DNA of 58,920 bases from a bacterium (GCA_027310625.1 DAIDAM010000014.1:1-58920); one strand, 5' to 3'; shown: positions 31,448 through 40,048, counted from the first letter of the stretch. Numbers and translations are program-made. The notes: generated by a model from the letters alone, not told the origin.

Positions 31448-31786
31448 CTAGTTGCCGGACGATTTGCCGAAGCAAATGCTCAGACCTTTGTTGCGGGCGC
31501 CGCATGCGATCGCGAGTTTCGCTGCCTGCGTGTCTGTTGCGTAGACCCTGATTTCCTGGTGCGAGGTGTTGTCTCTCACCGAGAGGAGAATACTTCCTCC
31601 GTCGTCAGTGATTTTCACCCGTCTGCTGCCGTGCACCGAGTGAAGCCCCGCCTTTATGAAACCAGGAGATATTCTTGTAACGCTAGGACACGTGTGCGCG
31701 ATGTCGCATACGACAGCCGCCGCCGGAATGACGGTCGTATGGCCGCCCCCATACTTCCCACCCGACCTTGAGCCCTTGTCGCTCAT
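31448..31786 (-). CDS. GC-rich small protein, possibly DUF2103-like metal-binding protein
   Basis: ATG at 31786 preceded by AAGGAGG. The sequence GGHTTVIPAA...VTRISPGFIK...RRVKITDDGGSILLSVRDNTSHQEIRVY recalls DUF2103. This is from memory and unverified. Confidence 0.45.
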   Translation of the reverse strand: MSDKGSRSGGKYGGGHTTVIPAAAVVCDIAHTCPSVTRISPGFIKAGLHSVHGSRRVKITDDGGSILLSVRDNTSHQEIRVYATDTQAAKLAIACGARNKGLSICFGKSSGN

Positions 31787-31814
31787 AACGCCTCCTTGTT
31801 GTTGACCTGTGCAG

Positions 31815-31843
31815 ATATTACAATCTAATGTAATATTTGTCAA
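31815..31843 (-). promoter_or_regulatory. Candidate promoter TTGACA-N17-TAATAT
   Basis: Minus-strand reading. The -10 ends about 28 nt upstream of the ATG at 31786. Confidence 0.5.
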
Positions 31844-31919
31844 TCGAAGTTTGTGTTGCTGCTACAGTTGCTTTTTCGTCGCATTTCTGTTTATAATCTC
31901 TAGCGTTATTTTTCACCTT

Positions 31920-33047
31920 ATGGAAAACAAAAACTCAAAAACCGCGCTGCTCGAAGCCATCAAGGACGAAATTTCCACCGTTCGTTTCCGCGAGGGCGAA
32001 ATCGTGGAAGCGGAACTGATTCGCAAAACCCCCCGCGGCGCGTTCTTCGATTTGGGCAAACTCGGCACGGGAATCGTCTACGGCGCGGAGCTCTCCAACG
32101 CCCGCGACATCGTAAAAAAATTGAACGTCGGCGACAAAGTTTCCGCGCGCGTCGAGACCATCGACGGCGAAGGCGGCTACGTCGAACTTTCGCTCGCCGA
32201 AGCCGGTAAGCAAAAACTTTGGCAACAGGCGCAGGAACTTCAGGAAAACGGGGAAGTGGTAAAGGTTAAAATAACCGGCGCGAACCAGAGCGGACTTCTC
32301 GCCGACCTGCTCGGCTTGAAGGCGTTCCTGCCGCTTTCGCAGCTCTCGCAGGAGCATTATCCAAAAACGACTCCGACCGAAGCATCGGAGCAAAAAAGTT
32401 CCGATTTCTTGAAGAATTTAATCGGGCAGGAAGTTGGCGTGAAAGTCATCGCCGTCAATCCGCGCGCGAACAAACTGATTATTTCAGAACGTGAAATTCT
32501 CGCGGCGAACGTTAAAGAACTTCTCAATGCTTACAAAGTCGGTCAGGATGTGGACGGCATCGTTTCCGGTATCGCCGATTTCGGAATTTTCGTGAGGTTC
32601 GTTGACAATCCGCAGATTGAGGGGCTCGTCCACATTTCCGAAATTGACCACCGCATTATTGACAATCCGAAAGAAGTCGTCGCCATCGACCAACCGGTGA
32701 AAGTGAGAATCATAGACATCAAAGACGGCCGGGTGTTTCTTTCCATCAAAGCGCTGAAAGAAGACCCGTGGCAGAACGTTTCGGAACGCTACAAAGCCGG
32801 ACAGGAAGTCGGCGGCAAAGTTTACAAATTCAATCCCTTCGGCGCCGTGATAGATCTTGAGGGCGGCTTTCAGGGATTGATTCACATTTCCGAATTCGGC
32901 GGCGCGGAGGAAATGAAAAAAGCGCTGATGCTGAATTCACTCTCCCAACTTTCGCCAGCCGAAAGTTCGGAGAGCAAGCTGCACAAGTTTGTGATTGATT
33001 CCGTCAAACCGGAGGAGAAGAGGATAATACTGAAGATGAAGAAGTGA
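31920..33047 (+). CDS. rpsA: 30S ribosomal protein S1 (short form)
   Basis: Repeated S1 OB-fold motifs (GEIVEAELI, GEVVKVKITG, GQDVDGIVSGIADFGIFVRF, GQEVGGKVYKFNPFGAVIDL). The ATG at 31920 is chosen because the upstream part of the track ORF has no homology. Confidence 0.85.
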   Translation: MENKNSKTALLEAIKDEISTVRFREGEIVEAELIRKTPRGAFFDLGKLGTGIVYGAELSNARDIVKKLNVGDKVSARVETIDGEGGYVELSLAEAGKQKLWQQAQELQENGEVVKVKITGANQSGLLADLLGLKAFLPLSQLSQEHYPKTTPTEASEQKSSDFLKNLIGQEVGVKVIAVNPRANKLIISEREILAANVKELLNAYKVGQDVDGIVSGIADFGIFVRFVDNPQIEGLVHISEIDHRIIDNPKEVVAIDQPVKVRIIDIKDGRVFLSIKALKEDPWQNVSERYKAGQEVGGKVYKFNPFGAVIDLEGGFQGLIHISEFGGAEEMKKALMLNSLSQLSPAESSESKLHKFVIDSVKPEEKRIILKMKK

Positions 33048-33112
33048 TCTGGAAATTAGGCACATAGGCAATTGGGAATTGAAAACGCCGTTTGTTTCGG
33101 TGTTTTTTGCAA

Positions 33113-33141
33113 ACAAAAAACCCGCGTCATATGACTGCGGG
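33113..33141 (-). terminator. Intrinsic terminator
   Basis: On the minus strand: cccgcagtcatatgacgcggg followed by ttttttgtttg. Confidence 0.6.
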
Positions 33142-33182
33142 GAGCAGCTGGTCTGCTCAGTCCTTGTTGCCGTTGCTCTGGG

Positions 33183-33518
33183 TCACGCGGTGATTTTTCT
33201 CGTCGGTATCTCGAATGCGATGTAGACAGCCGAGAACCACAAGAGAACCCCCATGCTCCAGATGAGCATGCCGGGCAAGACACCCCACGTACTCACTGCG
33301 GGCCACGAGGCTGCGTAGAGCGCGAGTCCACCGACCGACAGAGTAGCGGTCATCCACCCGTCGAACGTGCGGAGAGTGAACAGCAAAACAGCGAGTGCCG
33401 TTACCACAGGGGCGAGCGGCTCGATGATCTTGAGGAAGAGAACGAAGATGAACGCCACCGCAGCAACCATGGCCACCACTTGAACGACTTCGAAGCCACG
33501 GCGAATGAACCTCATCAT
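33183..33518 (-). CDS. GC-rich small membrane protein (about 3 TM helices), unknown function
   Basis: A 111-aa hydrophobic ORF with a GGGAGA Shine-Dalgarno site and visibly GC-rich codons. Confidence 0.5.
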   Translation of the reverse strand: MMRFIRRGFEVVQVVAMVAAVAFIFVLFLKIIEPLAPVVTALAVLLFTLRTFDGWMTATLSVGGLALYAASWPAVSTWGVLPGMLIWSMGVLLWFSAVYIAFEIPTRKITA

Positions 33519-33573
33519 GATATGTCTCCCGTTTTGATTGCAGCTGCGGGATTACAGCTGCATTACTTTGGAT

Positions 33574-33602
33574 AAGGTAACATATTTATGAGATTCTGTC
33601 AA
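33574..33602 (-). promoter_or_regulatory. Candidate promoter TTGACA-N17-TACCTT
   Basis: Minus-strand reading, upstream of 33518. Confidence 0.35.
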
Positions 33603-33703
33603 GCGAGTTTAGATTAAGAAAATAAAGGGGCGGACTAGCGTTTTCTTTTTTCGTATTTTCCGCTTAACATTGAAGTATTGAATAAAGTGAAATGGTTCAT
33701 TCG

Positions 33704-33729
33704 CTCATTCGCGCGAATGGTGGAATGAG
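33704..33729. repeat. 26-bp hairpin element CTCATTCGCGCGAATGGTGGAATGAG
   Basis: An identical 26-mer occurs at 58343-58368, and a variant at 44020-44041. Confidence 0.75.
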
Positions 33730-34576
33730 AAAAAGCAAACCAAAATACGTAATCGGTATTGATAAGGTGGGTCGTGCCGCCCCAAAAGGGCGGGCCTCTC
33801 GCCTCGCTGGAGCTAAGGCGAAGCGGACGCCCCGTAAATATGTAATTGGTATCGACGAGGTGGGGCGGGGCGCTCTCGCGGGGCCGGTGGTCGTGGCGGC
33901 GGTTTGTTTTCCGACAAAATTGAGAGTGCGGAACGCGGAACTCGGCGCGTTGAAGGATTCCAAAAAGCTTTCGCCGAAGGCGCGCGAACGCTGGCTCGAA
34001 CATTTTAAAACTGTTCCCGAAATATTATCGCGAACAGCCAGAGTTTATCCGCGAAAAATAGAAAAAATAAACATCTCGCAGGCGGCAAACCGCGCCGCAA
34101 CTTCGGCGCTGGAACGCGTCATCGAATCCGTTTTCGCCAGTAGGACAAAAAAACATTCTAACATTCTGCAGAATGTTAGAATGTTCAAATCTATGCCGGG
34201 AACAAACTATTCTAATATTCTTAAGAATATTAGAATAGATATTTTTCTTGATGGGGGATTGTATTTAACGAATAAAATTAATCCTTCGATAAACTTCCTT
34301 CGACACGGCTCAAGACAAGCAGGGCGAATGATTGTCAAAACAATCATTCGGGGCGACGAGAAAATCGCCGCCATCAAAATCGCTTCCATCATCGCCAAAG
34401 TGCAGAGGGACAAGTATATGAAAAAACTTTCCCGAAAATATCCGCGCTATGACTTTGAGATGCACAAGGGATACGGGACAAAAATGCACCGCAGGGCCAT
34501 CAGAAAACACGGGCCTAGCGAAGTTCATAGATTGACGTTCTTGAAGAAATCCCATAGAATTGCTAATAGCAAATAG
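33725..34576 (+). CDS. rnhB: ribonuclease HII
   Basis: IGIDEVGRGALAGPVV (the catalytic DE motif) and a C-terminal HKGYGTKMHRRAI. The start is uncertain (33692 or 33725). The N-terminal KYVIGID(K/E)VGR is duplicated and the gene contains two P32-type inserts. Confidence 0.85.
   Translation: MRKSKPKYVIGIDKVGRAAPKGRASRLAGAKAKRTPRKYVIGIDEVGRGALAGPVVVAAVCFPTKLRVRNAELGALKDSKKLSPKARERWLEHFKTVPEILSRTARVYPRKIEKINISQAANRAATSALERVIESVFASRTKKHSNILQNVRMFKSMPGTNYSNILKNIRIDIFLDGGLYLTNKINPSINFLRHGSRQAGRMIVKTIIRGDEKIAAIKIASIIAKVQRDKYMKKLSRKYPRYDFEMHKGYGTKMHRRAIRKHGPSEVHRLTFLKKSHRIANSK
34154..34183. repeat. P32 variant (CTGCAG centre) in frame in rnhB
   Basis: Sequence is cattctaacattctgcagaatgttagaatg, read as HSNILQNVRM. 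Confidence 0.75.
34207..34238. repeat. P32 perfect copy in frame in rnhB
   Basis: Sequence is ctattctaatattcttaagaatattagaatag, read as YSNILKNIRID. Confidence 0.85.
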
Positions 34577-34913
34577 CGAAGGGCGAATGGCAAATAGTTA
34601 TGAAATTGTTTCGTAACCATTTGCTACTTGCTATAAGCCATTTGCCAAAACCTTGGGCGGCGTACCAGTAAAACATCATACAAAAGGGAAAGTAGGACGC
34701 AGGCGTTCGCATTTGGCTCTCAAAAAAGCGAAGCTTTTGGTTTGCAAAAATTGCCGCGGCCCGAAGCTTCCGCATAGATTATGCTCACAATGCAACAGGA
34801 AATAACGATAAATTTCAATGAGTATCGATGAATATCAACCAGTATCAGATGATACTTACAGATACTGATAGATATTGATGGATACTGATTATAACTTCGC
34901 ATTTTGAGATTCG

Positions 34914-35357
34914 ATGGCAACCAGACATTTAGTGAGAAGCGTTGTTCTCCAGTCACTTTACGAGTGGGATTTTTATCACCGCAAAAAGGATTTGACGGAA
35001 ATTTTAGAGCGTAATCTTAAAGAGTTCGCTCCCGGGATAGACGAACCGGATTTTGCATGGCGAACGACTAAGGGAATAATTGAACATCTCCCGCAGATAG
35101 ACAAAATCATCGAGCGCGCCGCTCCCGAGTGGCCGCTCGAAAAAATAGCGATGGTGGAGCGGAACATCTTGCGCATCGGACTTTATGAGCTTTTATACGC
35201 CGATAAGGAAGAAGTTCCTCCGAAAGTTGCGATAAACGAGGCGATAGAAGTCGCCAAAAATTACGGCGGCCCGAATTCCATCAAATTCATCAACGGAGTT
35301 TTGGGAACGGTTTACAGAGAAATGGAAGCCGAAAAAAATGAGAATAAAAATGGATAA
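34914..35357 (+). CDS. nusB: transcription antitermination factor NusB
   Basis: [30 protein letters not shown], and [14 protein letters not shown]. Confidence 0.85.
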   Translation: MATRHLVRSVVLQSLYEWDFYHRKKDLTEILERNLKEFAPGIDEPDFAWRTTKGIIEHLPQIDKIIERAAPEWPLEKIAMVERNILRIGLYELLYADKEEVPPKVAINEAIEVAKNYGGPNSIKFINGVLGTVYREMEAEKNENKNG

Positions 35358-35439
35358 AAATTGAAAAATAATGGAGAAAAATAGAGAGAAATAAAAACGG
35401 CAAATAACAAAAATAAATCACAAAGCAACAAAACCTTGA

Positions 35440-35461
35440 CCACTATGCTATAGCATAGTGG
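35440..35461. repeat. 22-bp palindrome CCACTATGCTATAGCATAGTGG (P22-like variant)
   Basis: A perfect palindrome between nusB and rnc. Confidence 0.5.
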
Positions 35462-35507
35462 CGGGCTAATTGATGATTCTAAACGGACAATAAATTTTGG
35501 ATTAACA

Positions 35508-36203
35508 ATGAATAACGGAAATAATATTGCCGGACTGGAAAAAATAATTGGCTGCGATTTCAAAAATGAGGACTTGATTCTGGAAGCGCTGACACACCGC
35601 TCGTATTTGAACGAGAATTCGGGCTGGCGGTTGCCGCACAATGAGCGTTTGGAGTTTCTCGGCGACGCGGTTTTGGAACTCGCGGTGAGCGAGGAGCTTT
35701 TCAAAAAGTATCCCGACGCGCCGGAAGGCAAGATGACCGTTCTCCGAGCCGCACTTGTCAATTACCAGATGCTCGCCAAAATCGGCGGCGAACTGCGGCT
35801 GGAAGATTTCATTTTGATGTCGCGAGGTGAACGCGCCGGCTCGCCGAAAGCAAAAGAAGTGATTATTGCAAACGCGATGGAGGCGGTCATCGGCGCGCTC
35901 TATCTTGACGCCGGGCTTGCCGCCGCCGAAAATTTTGTGAAGAAATTCATCATGCCGCACCTCAAAGAAGTTTTGGAAACCGGAAGCTACAAGGACGCCA
36001 AGAGCGAGCTGCAGGAAATCGTTCAGGACAAGATGAAAATCACGCCGTCATACCGCGTTTTGGAGGAAACCGGCCCGGCGCACGAGCGACAATTCAAAAT
36101 CGGCGTTTATTTCGGCGACACGCTGATTGCCGAAGGCAGAGGCGAGTCAAAACAGGAGGGCGAACTGGAAGCGGCAAAAGAAGCGCTGAAGGAATTTAAG
36201 TGA
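35508..36203 (+). CDS. rnc: ribonuclease III
   Basis: ALTHRSYLNE, the catalytic signature ERLEFLGDAVL, and a C-terminal dsRBD (GPAHERQFKIGV..GESKQEGELEAAKEAL). Confidence 0.92.
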   Translation: MNNGNNIAGLEKIIGCDFKNEDLILEALTHRSYLNENSGWRLPHNERLEFLGDAVLELAVSEELFKKYPDAPEGKMTVLRAALVNYQMLAKIGGELRLEDFILMSRGERAGSPKAKEVIIANAMEAVIGALYLDAGLAAAENFVKKFIMPHLKEVLETGSYKDAKSELQEIVQDKMKITPSYRVLEETGPAHERQFKIGVYFGDTLIAEGRGESKQEGELEAAKEALKEFK

Positions 36204-36265
36204 TTAGCCAATAGCCATTAGCAATTAGCCATTAGCCATAAGCCATCAGCTATATGCTATAAGCA
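36204..36265. repeat. tagcca/tagcaa word repeat
   Basis: Sequence is ttagccaatagccattagcaattagccattagccataagccatcagctatatgctataagc. Confidence 0.6.
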
Positions 36266-36273
36266 CAAAAATC

Positions 36274-38484
36274 ATGCCTCATTTACTCAAACGTCTGGAA
36301 CTGAACGGTTTCAAATCTTTTGCGCAAAAGACATTGATTGAATTTCCGACGGGCATAACCGCCATCGTCGGGCCGAACGGCTCGGGAAAGTCGAACGTCA
36401 TCGACGCCGTCCGCTGGCTTTTGGGCGAAAGGGAAGCGAAAAACCTCCGCGGAGCCAAAGTCGAGGATTTGATTTTCGCCGGCACGCCCAAGCGCCCGCG
36501 CGTCGGTCAGGCGCAGGCGTCGCTTCATTTCGAAAACGGGAGCAATTTTTTCCCCGCGGAATTTTCGGAAATCGTCGTCACGCGCCAGGTGAGCCGCGAC
36601 GGCGACAACAAATATTTTTTGAACAAAGCGGAAATTCGCCTGAAGGACTTGATTGATTTCTTCGCGAAAGCGCGGCTGGGCACGAAGGGACTCGTCGTCG
36701 TGACCCAGGGCAACAGCGACGTTTTCATTCAGGCGGCGCCGCAGCAAAGAAGAGAAATGCTCGAGGAAATGCTCGGACTCCGCGAATATCAGTTGAAAAA
36801 AAATTCCGCCGAACGCCGCCTCAAAAATACGGAGATAAACATAGAAAAAGTTGACGCGCTGATGAAAGAACTCGCGCCGCATTTGCGCTCTCTTAAACGC
36901 CAAACGAGCCGATGGGAAAAGCGTTCCGCGATGGAACAGGAACTCCGCGAGTCGGAAAATCTTTTTTTCGGAAGCCAGCTCTATGAACTCCGTTCTAAAA
37001 TCGCCGCCGTTGAAAAGGAAATTGAGGCGCGCAAAGAGGAACTGAAAGAAATTGAAAAGGAAAAAGGAAAGGCGGAGGAAAATCTTAAGCATGTAGAGGC
37101 GGGACAGCCGAAAGAGCGGCTGGAACTCGCTGAAATCAAAAAGAAAACGCACGCGCTTCTTGAAAAGAAAAGCGAACTTCAAAAAGAACTCGGACGGCTG
37201 GAATTCCAGCTCGAAATGGAAACTTCGGCTCCGGAGGAAGTTTCGGCAATACCGCAGACAAAACTCCTTCAGCTCGTGAAAAATATCAAAAAAGAACTTT
37301 CCGACGCGATGGAGATGGCGGAATTGAGGGAATTGCGACGGGCGATTTCTGCGGCGCTCTCCGAGATAAACGAGATTCTCGAACGCGAGTCGCCGAAGGA
37401 AGCGGCGAAAAAGGAGAACGGCTCGGCGTTGAAACCGCGACTCGCGGAAATTACGAGGAAACTTTCTGAACTTGAAACCGAAATTTCAAAGCACCGCGAA
37501 GCGGAGGACTCTCTTGAAAAGCACCAGGAGGATTTTTACGGAGAATTCAAGCGCGCGGTCGCGGCGGTGGAAACGGCAAAAGACAAAATCGAGAAATGGG
37601 AAATGAAAAATCAGGAGCGCGTCTTCGAGAAAGAGCGTTTTCAGTTGCGGCTTTCGGAACTGGAGAGGCAAATCGCGCAGGCGGGAAGGGATCCGAAAGA
37701 GTTCGATGGTTCGAATGTTCGAGCTGAAAACGATTTAAGCGCGCTCGAGCGGCGGATTTTCAAGTTGCGCGGAGATTTGGCGAGCATCGGCGAAGTGGAC
37801 GAAGCGATTATGAAAGAAGCGAAAGAAACGGAAACGCGCTACGAATTTTTGGAAAAAGAATCGGCGGATTTGGACAGGGCGCGCGCCGATTTGAAGCACT
37901 TGATAGGCGAGTTGAGCGAAAAAATCAAAGTGGAATTCAAGGAATCGCTCGATAAAATCAACAAAGAATTCGATACGTTTTTCAAGCTGATGTTCGACGG
38001 CGGGCATGCGAAGTTGAAAGTGGTGAGCGAAGCGACTAGAAACCAGAAACCAGAGACCGACGACAAGAGACAAGAGACCGGCGACCAAGGACCGGAGACC
38101 AGAGAGATTGAAGAGAAAGCAAATGGAGATGAAGAAGAAAAAGAACCGGAAGAGGGGATTGAAATCGGCGTCAGTTTGCCGAGAAAGAAAATAAATTCTC
38201 TGGAGACGCTTTCCGGCGGCGAAAGAAGTTTAGTCGGCATCGCGGCGCTGTTCGCGATGATTTCCGTCAGCCCGCCGCCGTTTCTGGTTCTGGACGAAAT
38301 TGACGCCGCCCTCGACGCGAGAAATTCCAAGCGCTTCGCCGATATGCTGAAAGAATTTTCCAAAAAGACGCAGTTTATCATCGTCACCCACAACCGCGCC
38401 GTAATGGAAGCCGCGGACATTCTCTACGGCGTCACCCTCGCCGAAGACGGAACGTCGAAGATATTGTCGCTGAAGTTGGAGTAA
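36274..38484 (+). CDS. smc: SMC-family chromosome segregation ATPase (short, 736 aa)
   Basis: Walker A motif GPNGSGKSN, a long coiled-coil, the signature LSGGERSL, and Walker B FLVLDEIDAALD. Confidence 0.85.
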   Translation: MPHLLKRLELNGFKSFAQKTLIEFPTGITAIVGPNGSGKSNVIDAVRWLLGEREAKNLRGAKVEDLIFAGTPKRPRVGQAQASLHFENGSNFFPAEFSEIVVTRQVSRDGDNKYFLNKAEIRLKDLIDFFAKARLGTKGLVVVTQGNSDVFIQAAPQQRREMLEEMLGLREYQLKKNSAERRLKNTEINIEKVDALMKELAPHLRSLKRQTSRWEKRSAMEQELRESENLFFGSQLYELRSKIAAVEKEIEARKEELKEIEKEKGKAEENLKHVEAGQPKERLELAEIKKKTHALLEKKSELQKELGRLEFQLEMETSAPEEVSAIPQTKLLQLVKNIKKELSDAMEMAELRELRRAISAALSEINEILERESPKEAAKKENGSALKPRLAEITRKLSELETEISKHREAEDSLEKHQEDFYGEFKRAVAAVETAKDKIEKWEMKNQERVFEKERFQLRLSELERQIAQAGRDPKEFDGSNVRAENDLSALERRIFKLRGDLASIGEVDEAIMKEAKETETRYEFLEKESADLDRARADLKHLIGELSEKIKVEFKESLDKINKEFDTFFKLMFDGGHAKLKVVSEATRNQKPETDDKRQETGDQGPETREIEEKANGDEEEKEPEEGIEIGVSLPRKKINSLETLSGGERSLVGIAALFAMISVSPPPFLVLDEIDAALDARNSKRFADMLKEFSKKTQFIIVTHNRAVMEAADILYGVTLAEDGTSKILSLKLE
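37699..37726. repeat. gttcga word repeat inside smc
   Basis: Sequence is gagttcgatggttcgaatgttcgagctg. Confidence 0.5.
38041..38106. repeat. gaccag/gaccgg/gacaag word repeat inside smc
   Basis: Sequence is aaccagaaaccagagaccgacgacaagagacaagagaccggcgaccaaggaccggagaccagagag, read as NQKPETDDKRQETGDQGPETRE. Confidence 0.6.
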
Positions 38485-38493
38485 ATAAAATTT

Positions 38494-38904
38494 ATGAATA
38501 ACGGGTTTAATGAATTCTTAAAGGAAAAACGTGCCTGGTATAAAACAATAGGATCTATTTATTGTCCAATTTTAAATACTAAAATTGTTTTCAACTCTAA
38601 GGGATTTTATCATCTTAGATACGATAGCTTTGGGAAAATGCGAAGCATAAAAGAACAATCTTATAAGTTGGGGTTACTACTACTTGTAATTCCAGTGATT
38701 AAGAACGCGAAGAAAATCCATGAATACAAAAAAGAACAATATTCAAAACCTCTCGGAAAATATTTTGAAATTTGGGAGTTGAGAGAAACTGTAGGAAAAC
38801 AAAATACTACCATTTCGGTTGTACTTAGACGAATTGGTGATGGCAACATAACTTTCCTTAGCGTTTGGAAGAAACGAGAAAGAAACAAAAAAACCATCGA
38901 ATAG
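38494..38904 (+). CDS. low-GC hypothetical protein
   Basis: A 136-aa ORF starting 9 nt after the smc stop. It is AT-rich, has its own hairpin terminator, and shows no recognisable motif. Confidence 0.45.
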   Translation: MNNGFNEFLKEKRAWYKTIGSIYCPILNTKIVFNSKGFYHLRYDSFGKMRSIKEQSYKLGLLLLVIPVIKNAKKIHEYKKEQYSKPLGKYFEIWELRETVGKQNTTISVVLRRIGDGNITFLSVWKKRERNKKTIE

Positions 38905-38918
38905 ATGGTTTTTTTGTT
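38888..38918 (+). terminator. Hairpin overlapping the stop codon
   Basis: Stem aaaaaaccatc, loop gaatag, stem atggttttttt. Confidence 0.5.
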
Positions 38919-39108
38919 GTACTCGCTTTCGGCGTATGCCAATTGGTTTAGCCGAGATAAACCTTGCGGTTCACGAGTACTCTGACATTGTAGCACGATA
39001 AATCAAAAAAAGTCAATTTTATTAACATGGCTATTATTCAAAGTTTTTATTGAAAACAAAGGATTTTTAGGGTATTTAAATTACATTGGCTATTAAATCC
39101 CCCGCGCC

Positions 39109-39126
39109 AAAACAAAAACGCCGCGG
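39109..39126. repeat. 18-bp direct repeat AAAACAAAAACGCCGCGG (left copy)
   Basis: Identical to 39763-39780. It is also part of a GC hairpin followed by a T-run. Confidence 0.8.
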
Positions 39127-39256
39127 GTTTTAGGCAATAAATACTTACAATTTCAGCCCTGTGGATATCGTTGATTTTTAACAACCAATGTGCTATATAT
39201 ATACCTGTATCACCACGGAAAGGCTCCCTTGAGGTTCCGTTCTCCTGGGGCCCTTT

Positions 39257-39745
39257 TCATTTTAAGTACTCAAGTTTGCGCCGAAGAGAACTGACGAATG
39301 AAATATATTTCAAATGTTCGTCGTTGACTTTTTTAAGAAGCGCGGAATATTTAAATTCGTTTGGGATTAACAATTGCTCCAGTTTATCTTTGGATTTTAA
39401 ATAATCGATTAGAGAATAAAAATCTCCGTCGCCGCTGACAATTATTGCTTTATCGTAATTCGGGTACTCGACCATAACTCGCAAAACTAAATCGGCGTCG
39501 CAGTTGCCCTTCGTCGTGCCGTCTTTGTATTTCAATATTGGCTTGAAGACCAGGATGTAATCGAGCTGCTGCAACTTTGTGTACATCGCTTGATTTTCCG
39601 GCATGTAGCCGATGAAAATATATGCTTTTTGAACATCGAATTTTTCTCTAAGAAACCTTCGGAATTTCAAATTATCCAAGCTCCATCAAATTTCTTTCAT
39701 GGACTGATAGAGGTTATTGCTATCTATAAAAGCCGCGTTATTCAT
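39257..39745 (-). pseudogene. NYN-domain (LabA/DUF88-like) gene interrupted by an in-frame TGA
   Basis: Minus-strand reading from the ATG at 39745 gives MNNAAFIDSNNLYQSMKEI-TGA-WSLDNLKFRRFL...GNCDADLVLRVM...IVSGDGDF. The TGA lies at 39686-39688. Confidence 0.6.
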
Positions 39746-39762
39746 TGAATTTATTTTATCAC

Positions 39763-39780
39763 AAAACAAAAACGCCGCGG
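39763..39780. repeat. 18-bp direct repeat AAAACAAAAACGCCGCGG (right copy)
   Basis: Identical to 39109-39126. Confidence 0.8.
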
Positions 39781-39870
39781 CCCCGCGGGCTTATTGTGGT
39801 TAAGCAATAGAAATATAACTGATACGTTTGGTTGAGCGTATGTCTTTACAGAAATAGCTCAGCCAATTAC

Positions 39871-39895
39871 GACTGTTGACTTTTTGTCAACAATC
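39871..39895. repeat. P25 palindrome, T5 orientation
   Basis: Sequence is gactgttgactttttgtcaacaatc. Confidence 0.8.
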
Positions 39896-39941
39896 GAAAT
39901 CCAATACGGATGTTTGAATACGGATGGCGGAAAACAACTGC

Positions 39942-39971
39942 TTGACAACTAATTATGCGGCTTGCTATTAT
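39942..39971 (+). promoter_or_regulatory. Candidate rplJL promoter TTGACA-N18-(TGc)TATTAT
   Basis: A consensus -35 at 39942-39947 and an extended -10 at 39963-39971. Confidence 0.5.
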
Positions 39972-40048
39972 ACTTTAATCCAAAGACAGCGGGCGGTTGC
40001 AAAACGTAGGCCCCGCCGAGGACAAAAGCGGAGAAATCCGCCGACGCG

